A stretch of DNA of 63,997 nt, the filler included, from Stramenopiles sp. TOSAG23-6 (lineage: Eukaryota), in the NCBI GenBank assembly GCA_900128565.1. It is 7 parts of 7 records of this genome, joined end to end, with 100 filler letters (N's around TTAATTAATTAA, not from the genome) between each part and the next. Parts side by side here need not be neighbours in the genome. Positions count along the whole stretch, not along the records: positions 47,089 to 56,392 come from LT636383.1; positions 56,493 to 63,997 come from LT636557.1; 5 more parts are not named here. One strand, written 5' to 3'. The position numbers and the translations under genes were made by a program. The notes under the pieces were generated by a model. That model was given only the letters and a program-made list of their open reading frames with translations. It did not search any database and had not been told where the DNA came from. Below, piece by piece: positions 50,101-61,669 of this stretch; position 1 is the stretch's first letter; each line of letters opens with the position of its first letter.

Positions 50101-53100
50101 TTTTGTTTTTCTAATTTTACTTCTTGTTGGGCTATGTATTTTTCATTCTGCACTATTTTTTTGCGGATCATCAAAATTGTTTTCTGGAGTTTATGAGCTT
50201 TATTTTCTAATTGTATCATACTTTTTGCATGCCTTTCTTGTAAAATACATTCTTTTTTGCAAAGCTCAGTTACCTCATGAGAAGCCATAGTATGATGTTC
50301 TTTTAGTTGGTGATTAATCAATAAAATTGCAGAATTGTTTTCCTTTACATTTAAGTCCATTTGAGTTTGGATCCGAGCAAAACGTCTCTCTACATTTTCG
50401 GTCATATTACGAAATCTGGTTTGCTGTGACCGTGCATTTTCTCTTGCTTTTACTTGCTGTGTATAAAAATCACTTTTATCTTTGGCGATTTCATCTTCTA
50501 TTTTTTTCATTGGGGTTATTAAATCTGTATCTTTGAAGGTTTTAGTTGCTTCCAACCGTTGCTTCATTTCGGCTCGTAGACTTTTTGTAGTTGTTTTACA
50601 TGCCTCAATCTCAATTCTATGCACACATTTCATGATTTCAATATCATGTTTATAAAAATCCAGGTCGTTTCTCTCTGTCATTATAAAGCGTTCTCGATTA
50701 ATCAGATTACTACATTGTAAAGATTTGAGTTTGATTCGTTCTGATTCAAGCTTTAGCAAATGGGCTTTGGAACGAAGAACTTTCATTTGTGCCATTTGCT
50801 TAGCCAACTTATCATTCTGAGCAATATGCAAAGCTTTCTGCTTTTCAACAAGTATCATGTATTCTGATTCACTCATTCCTTCTGTGATTTCTGATTCACT
50901 CATTCCTTCTATGATTTCCGCGTTTAAGTCTGATTCACTCATTCCTTCTGTGATTTCCGCGTTTAAGTCTGATTCACTCATTCCTTCTGTGATTTCAGCG
51001 TTTAAGTCTGATTCACTCATTCCTTCTGTGATTTCCGCGTTTAAGTCTTTGCGATCGAATAAATTCTTTAACTTTGTATGCTCCTCTAAACTCTTCTGCA
51101 AGTCAAGTATTTTGTTGGTATTCTCTAGTTCCTCAATGCTATTTTTTTTTGCTAGTGCGATACATTTCTGTTGGCCTTTTTCAGCTCGTTTTGAAAGTTC
51201 TGTTTCTCTCCTCACATGATCTGCTTGAATTGATATAATCTTGTCAGAAAACTCCTTCACTTTCTTTTTACTTAATGTTTCTAGCTTCCCTTCCACAATG
51301 ATCTTTCTCACAATCTCATTAATAGTTCTATTGTTTTTAAACTTGCTATTTTCTAATTGCAGAAGGCGATTTTCGTTTTCCTCAACTTTTTCCTGGTTGA
51401 TATGGTAAAAAATTGCCTTTTCAGACATGAAGGACTGGTGTTTACCAACAATTTCTTGTTCTTGATTCTCAGCAACTAAACGGTTGATATATAACTCAAA
51501 ACGAAGATTTAGTAATTGAATTTCAGCCTTTCTAGCTCCATTAATTGAACCAACGGTATCGAGCTTCTTCTGAAGTAAATTAATCTTTATTTTGAGATTT
51601 TTCTCATTTTCCTTGTAAATATTAGAATCAATATTATCTTGAGTGTTTGTTTCCCTTTCGCGTTCACGTAACTGCTTCTGAAGTGATAATAAAACACCGT
51701 TGTTCTCTGAGATATATTTTTTGAACTCAATGCGATTCCGCGGATCAAGTTCTTCCAAGCGCTTATTCCACTCGAGTTTCAAATAAGTATCATTTCTACT
51801 TTTACTTTGACTTTGTATGGATACTTGAACATTACTTAAATCATGTTCTATTTTTTGAAGGTGTGACTGCCATGTTGAAAGTGCAGCGTTGCAAGAAACA
51901 CTCATATTTGTTGCTAGATCAATTTGTCGCTGTTTTAGTTTTTCAAGCTTTTGTCTAATTTTCATGATATCCTCTTTAGCGGTTTTGTCTTTTCTCTCCA
52001 AAATTAAAATCTGGTTTTTCCATTTTAATTTAGGATCATTTACATTATCAATTAATTTCCCTATTTTATGTTGGGCTTGAATTATATTCTGTGGTATTCT
52101 ACGCTGCATATCTTTCAACTCGTGTGATGTTTTCTCGGCTAAAACTATTGCTTGTCTAAGTTCAAGATTTGCCCTTTTTATGGATGTATCTATGCTATCT
52201 AGTAAGTTCTTATAAGTATCTTCATTTTCTTTCAGTCTATGATTTAAATTATTCTCGCATGTATCGATACGAGATAAAAATGTTTTATATCGATCTTCCT
52301 TTATAAAAGCAGAAGAAGTCTCTATTTTTGTTCTTAGATACTTTATAATGAAAGTTCCAATCTTCCGACGGCGATCTGATTCCATTTTGCAAATATCAAT
52401 TTCATTTTGCTGAAGACAATGCTGCCAGTTTTTATCCAGCAAGATTTTCTCTTGCTTTAGACGAAAAGTAAAAGCTTTCACAGAATTTTGATGTTCCAGT
52501 AAGTCATTTTCATTATCATTTTGGGCAATTTGTAAATAATACATTCGTTTCTCAAGCTGTTCTTTATTTCTTTTGTCAGAATGGGCAAGATGTTCCGCCA
52601 GATTATGAACTTCGCTAGCTAGTTGGTTTCCACGACTGACTATGGCAGCTAAGCGAAAAGACTGTGATTCTTTCTCTTGCATTTCATGAACTTTAATTGT
52701 CTCGTTTTCTTGCTTCATTTGGATGTGACTCCTTGACACTTGCTTCATAAAATTAAGGACCTTTTCATCTTCTACTTTTGCAAGACGCTGTTTCCACTGA
52801 ATTTGCAATCTTTCTTCTATTTCCTTACTACTTATTTCTCGATCTTCTTGCTCCTGTCTTTGAAGCTCTAGTTCATGAGATACCAACTTTAGCCGCCACT
52901 TATTACACTGATCATCTCTTTCCTTTTGATGGATAGCTTCTAGCTCTTTTTCTTTTGCGAAATGTTCCTGTTCTTTACGCTTGCAATCGGCATCAAGAGT
53001 ATCAAACTGCGAATCTTTCTGATTCATATTCCATTGGTACTCAGTCCATTTAGCGTGATGTGCTTTTTGTTTGGCAACGAGTGTTTCTTTTACTTTTAGT

Positions 53101-54725
53101 GATGGTACTGAATTATTATTTATCCTACTGACATTCTCCCAGAGACTCTGCATACTTTTATCATGTTGTACTTGCTTCTGCAGATGAAGGACTTCGTGTT
53201 TCTTCCTTTCAGCTAATATTTTCTTCTTGGTTGCCAATAGTTTTAGTCCCTGTGTAGATATAGCTTGGGCCTGTTCCTCCTGTTTTTTGTATGTATCTTT
53301 ATGTTGAGCTACAATATTATTTTCACACTCTTGGACTTGTGACATAAAATCATCAGCTTTCCCCGCATCAATATTTTCCATGCGATTTTTCCAACTGTCC
53401 TTCAGATTTTTGTACACAACTGACGCCTCCATATGCACCGCCTTGTTTTGTTGTGGTACAATATTATTTTCACATGCTTGAACTTGTGACATAAAATCGT
53501 CAGTGGTTCCAGCTTTAGTATCAGTTTGATCCATCTTATTTTCATTCACACAATGAATTGATAAATGATTACAAATGAAATTAATGTCTCTGTGAGTCTT
53601 ACTTTGGATAATTTTTCGACTTACTGAGCGTTTCATCATCAACTTAAAATCCTTTTCTGTATTATCCTGTACTACTTGCTGACCTATCTGCGTTGTATGA
53701 AGTTTATTTACCCGTGAGCCGTGCTCATTTTTCGCAAAGGAGCCATTTAGAGGGATTTTCTTGCTTGACTGAAGACTCAATGAATCGAAAATGTTTTCCG
53801 AAATTGAATTACTTCTGCAACTGGATGAATCACGTATACTTTGTTGGTATATATCGTCATTTTTATCTTGATCTTCAAGTGCTGCAACTCGATTCCTTTC
53901 TCCTAAGTTTTTGCTTAATGTAATGTCACGCGTTTCAGGATCTTTCTTTGTTTCTATAATATGGCCATGTTTAGGAGTTTTATGAGACATGCGAATAGCA
54001 CGATCAATATCTGACATCCATTTTTTAAAGTTCTTTCCGTTGGGAACCTTACAACTATATACTTTATCAGGTGTAATGATATTAAATTTTTCACCAGACT
54101 TTCTAATTTCAACAATATGTCGAAGGTCAATGGACTCTATATGAGAATCGTCCTTTTTATTTCTGTATTGTAGAAAAGGCACTATAATAGAAAAATATCG
54201 TTTTTGCCATCTCGATATTCCAACTCCTGTGGACTTTTTGTACAGAAAACCTTCAAGAAAGTGGCCACTCTCATCTTCGTCATCTTGGATTTGTCTGCAG
54301 AGTTCTACTGGCATTTCTCGACGAACCTTATGAAAAATGAATGCCACTCGTGCCAACTCAAAAAGAGTTTGAATAACAGCTTCTTCACTCTTATTATCAA
54401 TGAGGTCATCTGGGTGAAATATAAATCTATTCCTTACTCCAAGTTTCTTTACTTTCACAAGAAACTCGTTGACATCTTTCCGTACAAACATTTCACTGCT
54501 TTTTGAATGTCGTCTATGTCTATGTCTACGCCGTTGTTTAATCTTTGTCTTCACCACCGATTCGGTATTGATTATTTCAACTACTCTAAGAAGAGTCCCA
54601 GCGGGATCTTTTCGTACAATTTTCATGAAATCGGCAATTTTTATGTCTCGTTTTATTAGACCAGCAATCCAGACACTAAGACATGACTTGGTTTGAAAGT
54701 GGTTCTTTGGTGCACCGTCAGACAT
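47140..54725 (-). CDS. Giant CH-like + PH + coiled-coil protein (exons 54725-48000, 47906-47140; continues)
   Basis: FIFHPDDLIDNKSEEAVIQTLFEL (CH-like); LEGFLYKK..WQKRYF..W (PH); about 2000 aa of coiled coil. Confidence 0.8.
47907..47999 (-). mobile_element. Introner-family intron, GT-AT
   Basis: tat|GTACGT...TATCTAAC...GCATTACAT|gaa. Confidence 0.8.
50862..51048 (-). repeat. 39-nt coding tandem repeat (DLNAEITEGMSES x ~4.5)
   Basis: Near-identical TCTGATTCACTCATTCCTTCTGTGATTTCCGCGTTTAAG units. Confidence 0.95.
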
Positions 54726-55161
54726 TTTCAAACAGTCGCTACAAATTACAGATTTCCAGGCAAACCTATTTGCTTATCAAATCATACATCAATTACACAT
54801 CTCAATTTTGATATGATTGGTGAGAACAACTGTTGATAACTTAATGTAAAATCAAGTATTATGCACTCTATTTGTAAAGTATTAGATACCTTAAAAACAC
54901 TTTTATCGGTTACCGTCGGTTATAAAAATCACGCGAATTTCTAATTTGTCTTAGGAGCCGGGCATCAAAAAGATCAAAAAGAAGGCAAAAAGAAGATCAG
55001 TGTTCTGCCGGCGCATGAGTCATTATTTTGTTATTTGCAATTGAAATGTACGCTATCCAATGACTTCCCCCCTCGTGTTCAATGAAGCCATACACTTGAC
55101 GATAATATGCAAGGGTATAGTCTTAAAAAAACTTCTTATTGGAAACTGCGTAGAATAGAAA

Positions 55162-56278
55162 ATGATGGGTAATACTCACTTGACTAAGGACTCAGATTCA
55201 ACTCTAACTTTGACCATGGGTTTATTATTTTTTGGTATATGCTTAGTATTTATCGGTTTATATTTCTTAGTCATTCTCCGGAAAGTCCGACGAAAATACG
55301 CGTTCTTAATAGCATTTGCTATACTCACTTTCATACCTATATTATCCTATATTGCTATATCCTCTGTTCCTTTGTTGAGTGAGCCAAGTCAATTTTACTC
55401 AGAGCAAACAAAAAGAGGAAAGAACTTCCAAGGAGAAGCACATAAGATAGATATAACAGAGAATCCACATATAGGCCATGGCATGTGTAAGTACACTAAA
55501 AGTTCTCGCCACAGAGTGGCTGATAGCAATGGGAAATCATGCTCCTGGAGGGATATTTTACCAAGTGGATGTTGTAACCCTAACCCTAATGTACCAACTT
55601 CGGTAACTAATGAACTTAAAAATATTTCATCAATAACAGTTCCTTTCTCAAATAGTTGCAATGGTTGTAATTTGAATAAAAAATCATGTTCCGAGTATGA
55701 ATATTGTGTGACGTGTTGTATGAAATTATATGAAAACCCAAAATTTAGCGTAAATGTTACAATTGACACGACACCTAACCCTAACCCTATTAAAACATCC
55801 AATAAAACAGACATTTCCAATAACCCTAATAATAACCCTAATAGTGCGAGTGTTGTAGGATTTGAAATGCCTCCAGGAACAGGACAAACTTGGACGATTG
55901 TACAAAATGTAGCGTCAATATATGAATCTCCGTCTACGTCGGGAAATGTTATCGGTCGATTTATAAAGGGGACAAAGGTACGATTTTCATAATGAATTTC
56001 AAATTTATTTTTTTTTTTTCTAAATATTTTTCGTACGAAATTTTGTACCTAACAAATTTTTTTTTTTTTTTTTTTTTTTACAACATGTACGATTTTCAAC
56101 TGAGAATAGGTCATTAGGGTTAGGGTTTCGTTCTACAAAGTGGGCAAAATTATCAAGTCGAATGTATGTGAAGCATTCGGCACTTGCTTCACTTCATGTT
56201 TCTCCATTTGATTATTGTCGTGATGATGTAGACCCTAACCCTAATTCTACATCAAATCCTTTACATTATTTTGAATAT
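55162..56278 (+). CDS. SPRING1/C12orf49-like membrane protein with an SH3b-like insertion (exons 55162-55977, 56087-56278; continues)
   Basis: VADSNGKSC..SGCC..SCNGC..CSEYEYCVTCCM cysteine pattern. Confidence 0.75.
55978..56086 (+). mobile_element. Introner-family intron, GT-AT, with a 12-bp direct repeat
   Basis: aag|GTACGATTTTCA...CAACAT|gtacgattttca. Confidence 0.8.
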
Positions 56279-56392
56279 GTATGTTTTATTTTTTTTTTTT
56301 TTTCCGGTAAAAAAAAAATCGATTTTTTTTATAGTAAATTTTGTACCTAACAAATTTTTTTAGATTTTTTTTCAAATATTTTTCCAAAATAC
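56279..56392 (+). mobile_element. Introner-family intron running to the contig end
   Basis: tat|GTATGT...TACCTAAC...CCAAAATAC. Confidence 0.8.
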
Positions 56393-56492
56393 NNNNNNNN
56401 NNNNNNNNNNNNNNNNNNNNNNNNNNNNNNNNNNNNTTAATTAATTAANNNNNNNNNNNNNNNNNNNNNNNNNNNNNNNNNNNNNNNNNNNN
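56393..56492. other. Artificial contig linker
   Basis: N44-TTAATTAATTAA-N44. Confidence 0.98.
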
Positions 56493-56493
56493 C

Positions 56494-56586
56494 ATGTATT
56501 TTGGAAAAATATTTCAAATGATTTTTCGTTAGGTACAAAATTTCGTACGAAAAAAAATTTCGAAATTGAAAAAAAATGAAACATAC
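56494..56586 (-). mobile_element. Introner-family intron, GT-AT
   Basis: at|GTATGT...CCAAAATACAT|g. Confidence 0.8.
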
Positions 56587-57320
56587 ATAACAAATCTCCT
56601 AACCCATTTTATAATTGTAGTAGACGCAGTATATCTAGTTCCAATTAAATCTTTTGCATCAACAAACACAGTTTCTAATCGTCCAATTAATCCTCCAATT
56701 TCACTAAATCGATAACCTATATTTACGTTGGGACCTTCTTCAAACGCAAGATCTGAATTCAGACCAACTTGACCATCAACTGTTTCAGGACGGCTGTGGA
56801 CTCCTTCATTGTTTTTGCTATTCTTCTGATTTATTTTTTTCAATTCTTCTTTCTCAGCACGTTCAACCGCTAAAGAATCTTCTAAAGTTTTCATACGGGT
56901 TAGAAGAGAAGAAAATTGTTTCTTTAAAGTTTGGTATTGCTCAACTGTTACATTATTAGTATATTCTGGAGTTTTCTTTCCACAGCGAGTAATTGGAGAC
57001 TGATTATTTACTATTGATGGAAGTTCAATGTTTTTTGTCCCTGCAATTCGCACACCATCTAAAGTGCCCATTGAGCGACCATGACTTCCTGCTCGAATGA
57101 CTTTTCCACGTGTAATACTCCGAGCAATAGATTGTTGCGCTTGTTGTTGTTGTTGAGAATTTGGCGTAGATTTAATGCGGGACTTTTGCGAAATTTCACG
57201 ATTGGGAGCAAATGCAGAAGGAAACGCTTTTCGGGTAAGTACCACCTCTTCAATACTTTTTGATGATGTTGGTGGTCGTCCTGGCACTTCGCGACTTTCA
57301 ACTTTCTTTAAGTTTTTCAT
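56587..57320 (-). CDS. Hypothetical protein (first exon)
   Basis: ORF ends at a family donor; short coiled coil. Confidence 0.6.
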
Positions 57321-57549
57321 CTTAAAGTCGTTCTTAAAAGAACTTTATGATCTTCCTCTTTTCAAGATTTGACTAGTTGGTAACGGCGGTTTCATTAAAA
57401 AAAAATGAATTTCGGAATTTTTTTTCAAACGCAAAAAACCGCAAAATTCAAACTATAAAGAACTAAAAAAAATAAGGCTTGCGCGTACAAGTTTGCGTTT
57501 GCTCATTTTGTTAAGTGAACCCTGGTATATTAGGTATTTGGTTTCCAAA

Positions 57550-58341
57550 ATGATAAGTGCTCTGACATTTAGAAAAGAGATCCACATTTTTTTAGATTCG
57601 ATAAGAACCAGTCTTCAAGAATTTCCTATCGAGTTATCCACTTTGCTCCTCGGAGTTTTCATTTTATGTTTCCTCAGCTACCTTGTAGTCTATGGGACAT
57701 TATCTTCAAACTTGAGTGACCCAGAAAAAAATAATTCACTCCACCAAAAAGTTAATGCACAAGAAAAACATAGCAAAAAGAAACAGAAAAGTAGAGTAGC
57801 TTCTGGTGAAGTGAAGAGAGTAAAAAAGAACCGCCGGCAAAGGGAAAAGGAAGAAACTTCTTTGAAAGATCAAAGGTTGGATTTTAGTAATTTTGTTACA
57901 CCAGACGAAAGAAATAAAAAGGACAGCCTTCAAAGTAAAGGCCCTATCGCAGTTGACAAGGCATCTACGTTCTTTGATGCGTGGCATTCAACTATTTCAC
58001 AACAGGAAGTTCATAATACACTTCGTGCTGTTTTCCTTCTTAATCATGACTTTGCTGATGTCAAGTTAGTTATAAGCGAAATGATACACGAAAAGTTCGA
58101 AGAAATAGGTATAGATGGAGACTTCGGCGTTAGGTGGATATCAGAGTCAGCAAAAGATGCATGGAAATCAATGCCAGATATGTTAGAAAGGCTCATGCTT
58201 TATGAAGATGAAGTTAAATTTCTCTGGAACACGCAGCTCGAAATTGAGTCTTCATTTTCTGGAAATAGTTTTCAACAACAACAACATACACACTCACATA
58301 GTAGTAATCACTCACATTCACATTTAAAAAAAACCCAGTAA
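57550..58341 (+). CDS. Hypothetical membrane-anchored protein
   Basis: One transmembrane segment, basic linker, His-rich tail. Confidence 0.6.
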   Translation: MISALTFRKEIHIFLDSIRTSLQEFPIELSTLLLGVFILCFLSYLVVYGTLSSNLSDPEKNNSLHQKVNAQEKHSKKKQKSRVASGEVKRVKKNRRQREKEETSLKDQRLDFSNFVTPDERNKKDSLQSKGPIAVDKASTFFDAWHSTISQQEVHNTLRAVFLLNHDFADVKLVISEMIHEKFEEIGIDGDFGVRWISESAKDAWKSMPDMLERLMLYEDEVKFLWNTQLEIESSFSGNSFQQQQHTHSHSSNHSHSHLKKTQ

Positions 58342-58368
58342 TACAGCATATAACTTTATATTATTCCA

Positions 58369-58692
58369 CTACTCTTTTTGTGCAAAGCAGTACTGCAGTA
58401 ATCCATATATTAGCATGCAGGCTGACAAAGAGACAAACATACGGCTATTGCTTCTTAAATAATCTTTTGTTGGAGGGAATGTAAAATTATCTACTGCTTT
58501 GAGTAATCTTGCGCCAAAAGGTCTTACTGGAGTCCATACTAGTAGTGGCTTCACGTTAGGTCGAATGTTTTTTCTATACATCTGAGACAAATAACTGCCC
58601 TCTTTAGCAGGCTTTGCTGTTTTAGCAGCCTGGACTGTAAGTGGAATGCAAGCAATAAACGTAATCCAAAGTGCACATTCCCACTTTCTCAT
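58369..58692 (-). CDS. Small membrane protein
   Basis: Signal peptide plus C-terminal transmembrane segment. Confidence 0.5.
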   Translation of the reverse strand: MRKWECALWITFIACIPLTVQAAKTAKPAKEGSYLSQMYRKNIRPNVKPLLVWTPVRPFGARLLKAVDNFTFPPTKDYLRSNSRMFVSLSACMLIYGLLQYCFAQKE

Positions 58693-59107
58693 TCTTACGC
58701 GTCTCGCTCTTCTATAGAGAATGTAAAACGCTGTTGGTTGTATGTGAGAGGATGCACAAAGTTTTGGTCTGCTGAGAAATTGAAAGTATTTTAATCTTTG
58801 GCCTCGAAACTCGAAAGAGTACTTTAGGTTTGGAGAATTTTGATATGATTTTTGATCAATTCAATATTGAATATCGAATATATATTTTTTTTTTTGTTTG
58901 GTTCGTGGGGCAGGTTTGCGCAAAATTATTTTGATTGTTGGAGGACTTGACAGAGTCAGCCTTGTGGAACTCGAACGAAATATACTACAAACGACTTACT
59001 GAATATAATATATTATACGACTTATTGAGCACTCTTCTATTGGAAAGCAGCACACGTGTCTGATATTGATACTGAAGTAGTTATTAAAGTGTATCTCTAT
59101 ATATAGA

Positions 59108-60555
59108 ATGCATAATTTTGCTAGATTTTACCATCGCTCCGTGGTCGCCTTGAAGGCGTCGCGAGGTGCCTTTCCATTAGAAGATTCCTTTCAGTTTGCA
59201 AGTTTGCGTTGTGTTCCGTCTTTATTAAATCGTCAGCATAATGCCTTATCGTTCTCTACTGCATTTTCTCGAGGCGAGCAATCAAAGTCGATCCAGCAAA
59301 CTCGAGCTGAGCAGATTCACGACTTTATAGAGACGACTATTGAAGACGGGAGTGTCTCAAAAGAGTTTCAAGGAAATCACTTAGCTTTGAACAAAGCTTT
59401 TGCTGCATACATGGACTGCAAACTTGAAGGGATTACTCCATTACCAGAAACACGCTTATTATTGTTAGAGTCTTCTACCCAAATGCAAGTAACACTACAA
59501 GTTCTTTCAGACATGGAATTAGAAGGAGAAGCCTTTGGCAATGGAGTATACAATACTGCCTTACACTCCTGTGCCATTGCTGGCGCAACTAAACCTGCGC
59601 TAAATATTGTGTCTCGCATGGGTAATCGAGATATATTTAGAACATATTACACATATCAGCTTGTTATTCGAGCTCATGCTCGTGCTAGATTACCAGGAAA
59701 GGCATTTGAGTTTTACAAGATATTACGGGAAAATGGAACCCATAAAAGTGAGGTTGTTATGTACGTTTTCATCTTCAATTTCAATTTTGTTTTCGTACGA
59801 AATTTTGTACCTAACAAAAATTAATTTTTTTTTTCGTACGAAATTTCAACTTCAATGTTTTTCATAGAAAATCTCATTTAGTTACATATCTAACAAATTT
59901 TAAATGTGAAAATATTTCCATACAATACATGACCGCAGCAATAAATGCATGTAATCCGTTTGATTACTCAAAGTCAAAGCGACAGCCTGATATTTCTCCA
60001 AAACAAGCACTTAAAAATGCAAAATTTGTATTTGGTGATTTTTTAGAGTTGTTTGGTGACTCACCTACAGTAACAAAAGGACCTTACAATGCTATTTTAG
60101 GAGTATCTAGTCGACTAGGAGATTTAGATTATGCTTTTGAAGTTTTTGATATTATGAACCAACAAGAAAGCACCGCACCTAATTCTAGTAGTTATGAGAT
60201 ATTAATGATGCAATTAATGTCTGAAATGTCATACACGAGGCGTGGAATCAGTAAAAAACAAATGAAAATCCCACATGGAGTAAAAAAAACTGATGAATGG
60301 TTAAAATCTATTGATTTTGAACGAAGTGTTAAATATGATACACGAAAGAAGCGGAATGAGAAAGTCCTGAGTTTGTTTGCTGAATTATTTGAAAAACATG
60401 TACCGCCTACTGATAGAATCATGGATTGTGCTGAAGCTTCGGCACGGTACCTCAAGAGTAGCGAAGCTTTACAAAAAGTTGAGTTAGGGCGAGAAATATT
60501 CAATGAAATGATTAATGACCAAAGCTGGAGACCAGATGTACGAAATGATCATTAA
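59108..60555 (+). CDS. Pentatricopeptide-repeat protein, probably mitochondrial (exons 59108-59760, 59931-60555)
   Basis: VYNTALHSCA, TYQLVIRAHAR, VVM-TAAINAC and YNAILGVSSRLGDLDYAFEVF repeats. Confidence 0.88.
59761..59930 (+). mobile_element. Introner-family intron with duplicated core, GT-AT
   Basis: at|GTACGT...ACAATACAT|g acc; two TTCGTACGAAATTT cores and two CTAAC motifs. Confidence 0.75.
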
Positions 60556-60824
60556 AGAAAATAAAGTGAACGTATTAATTATCGAGAAAATTTATTCGAA
60601 TAAAGAGAAAAAAATACAATATTGAATATCCTGTTTTTTTTGTGTAATACTGCTTACTATATACTTGACACATGGCATTGTGAACATCATACATATGCTA
60701 CAATGAAAGTCAAAATTGATTTTTTTTAAACCTGATGATATAATATTATAAGGGAGATTATTAGAGAGACAGAAAGTGTACGGTATATTATTTCTTTCAG
60801 AAAATATCTACCGCCGGATGACTT

Positions 60825-61409
60825 TTAATCACACATCATGTCCGAATCGCGTATGTAGTTCGCCAGCATAGCAGTTTTATACGCTTCTTGAAGCGGATTC
60901 TGTTCAAATTCAATGTCAAATTTAATATCATCTTTTACATCATCCATTTTATCCTCCATTTTCTCTTTTAGTTTATATTTAAGTTTCCTGAATTTCTCCT
61001 TTAATTCGTACCGTAGTTCCTCTTTTAATTCCTCTTTCAATTCCTCTTTTAACTCCTCTTTCAATTCCTCTTTTAATTCCTCTTTCAATTCCTCTTTTAA
61101 TTCCTCTTTCAATTCCTCTTTTAATTCCTCTTTCAATTCCTCTTTTAATTCCTCTTTTAATTCCTCTTTCAATTCCTCTTTCAATTCCTCTTTTAATTCC
61201 TCTTTTAGTTCCCCTTTTAATTCCTCTTTTAATTCCTCTTTCAATTCCTCTTTTAATTCCTCTTTTAATTCCTCTTTTAGTTCCTCTTTCAATTCCTCTT
61301 TTAATCCCTCTTTTACCTCTTTTAATTCCTCTTCTAGTTCCTCTTTTAGTTCCTCTTTTAGTTCATCTAATTTTTCTTCCAGCTCATCGCTTAATACCAT
61401 ATTTCCCAT
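60825..61409 (-). CDS. EELK tetrapeptide-repeat coiled-coil protein
   Basis: 12-nt tandem array GAGGAATTRAAA at ~61000-61365, varying at synonymous positions. Confidence 0.65.
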   Translation of the reverse strand: MGNMVLSDELEEKLDELKEELKEELEEELKEVKEGLKEELKEELKEELKEELKEELKEELKEELKGELKEELKEELKEELKEELKEELKEELKEELKEELKEELKEELKEELKEELKEELKEELKEELKEELRYELKEKFRKLKYKLKEKMEDKMDDVKDDIKFDIEFEQNPLQEAYKTAMLANYIRDSDMMCD

Positions 61410-61669
61410 GTTTGAAAATCCAATTTGAAAAAGTTCGCAAAAAAAGAAAAAAAATTCGAATTTAAGTATTTTGTTTCGAATGTTCGAATTTACCATCATT
61501 CGCCCAGATACTGCCATGGCCTGAATAGTTGGTACTTCCCCTAAAATTTAATAAGGTTTTGAAAAAATACATTATAATAACAATAAACCCTTCTTTATAC
61601 AAAAAAATCTCAATTGGAAGCTTTATTTCTAATGCCCACACAGCCCTCATAACATCATCATCTGCAGAG

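Noticed and set aside
9347-56492. Regularly spaced TTAATTAATTAA motifs in N runs (~9.4 kb period)
   Set aside because: Artificial 100-nt linkers with stops in all frames; the internal contigs are simply sorted by length (9316, 9311, 9310, 9305, 9304), so neighbourhoods across them are meaningless
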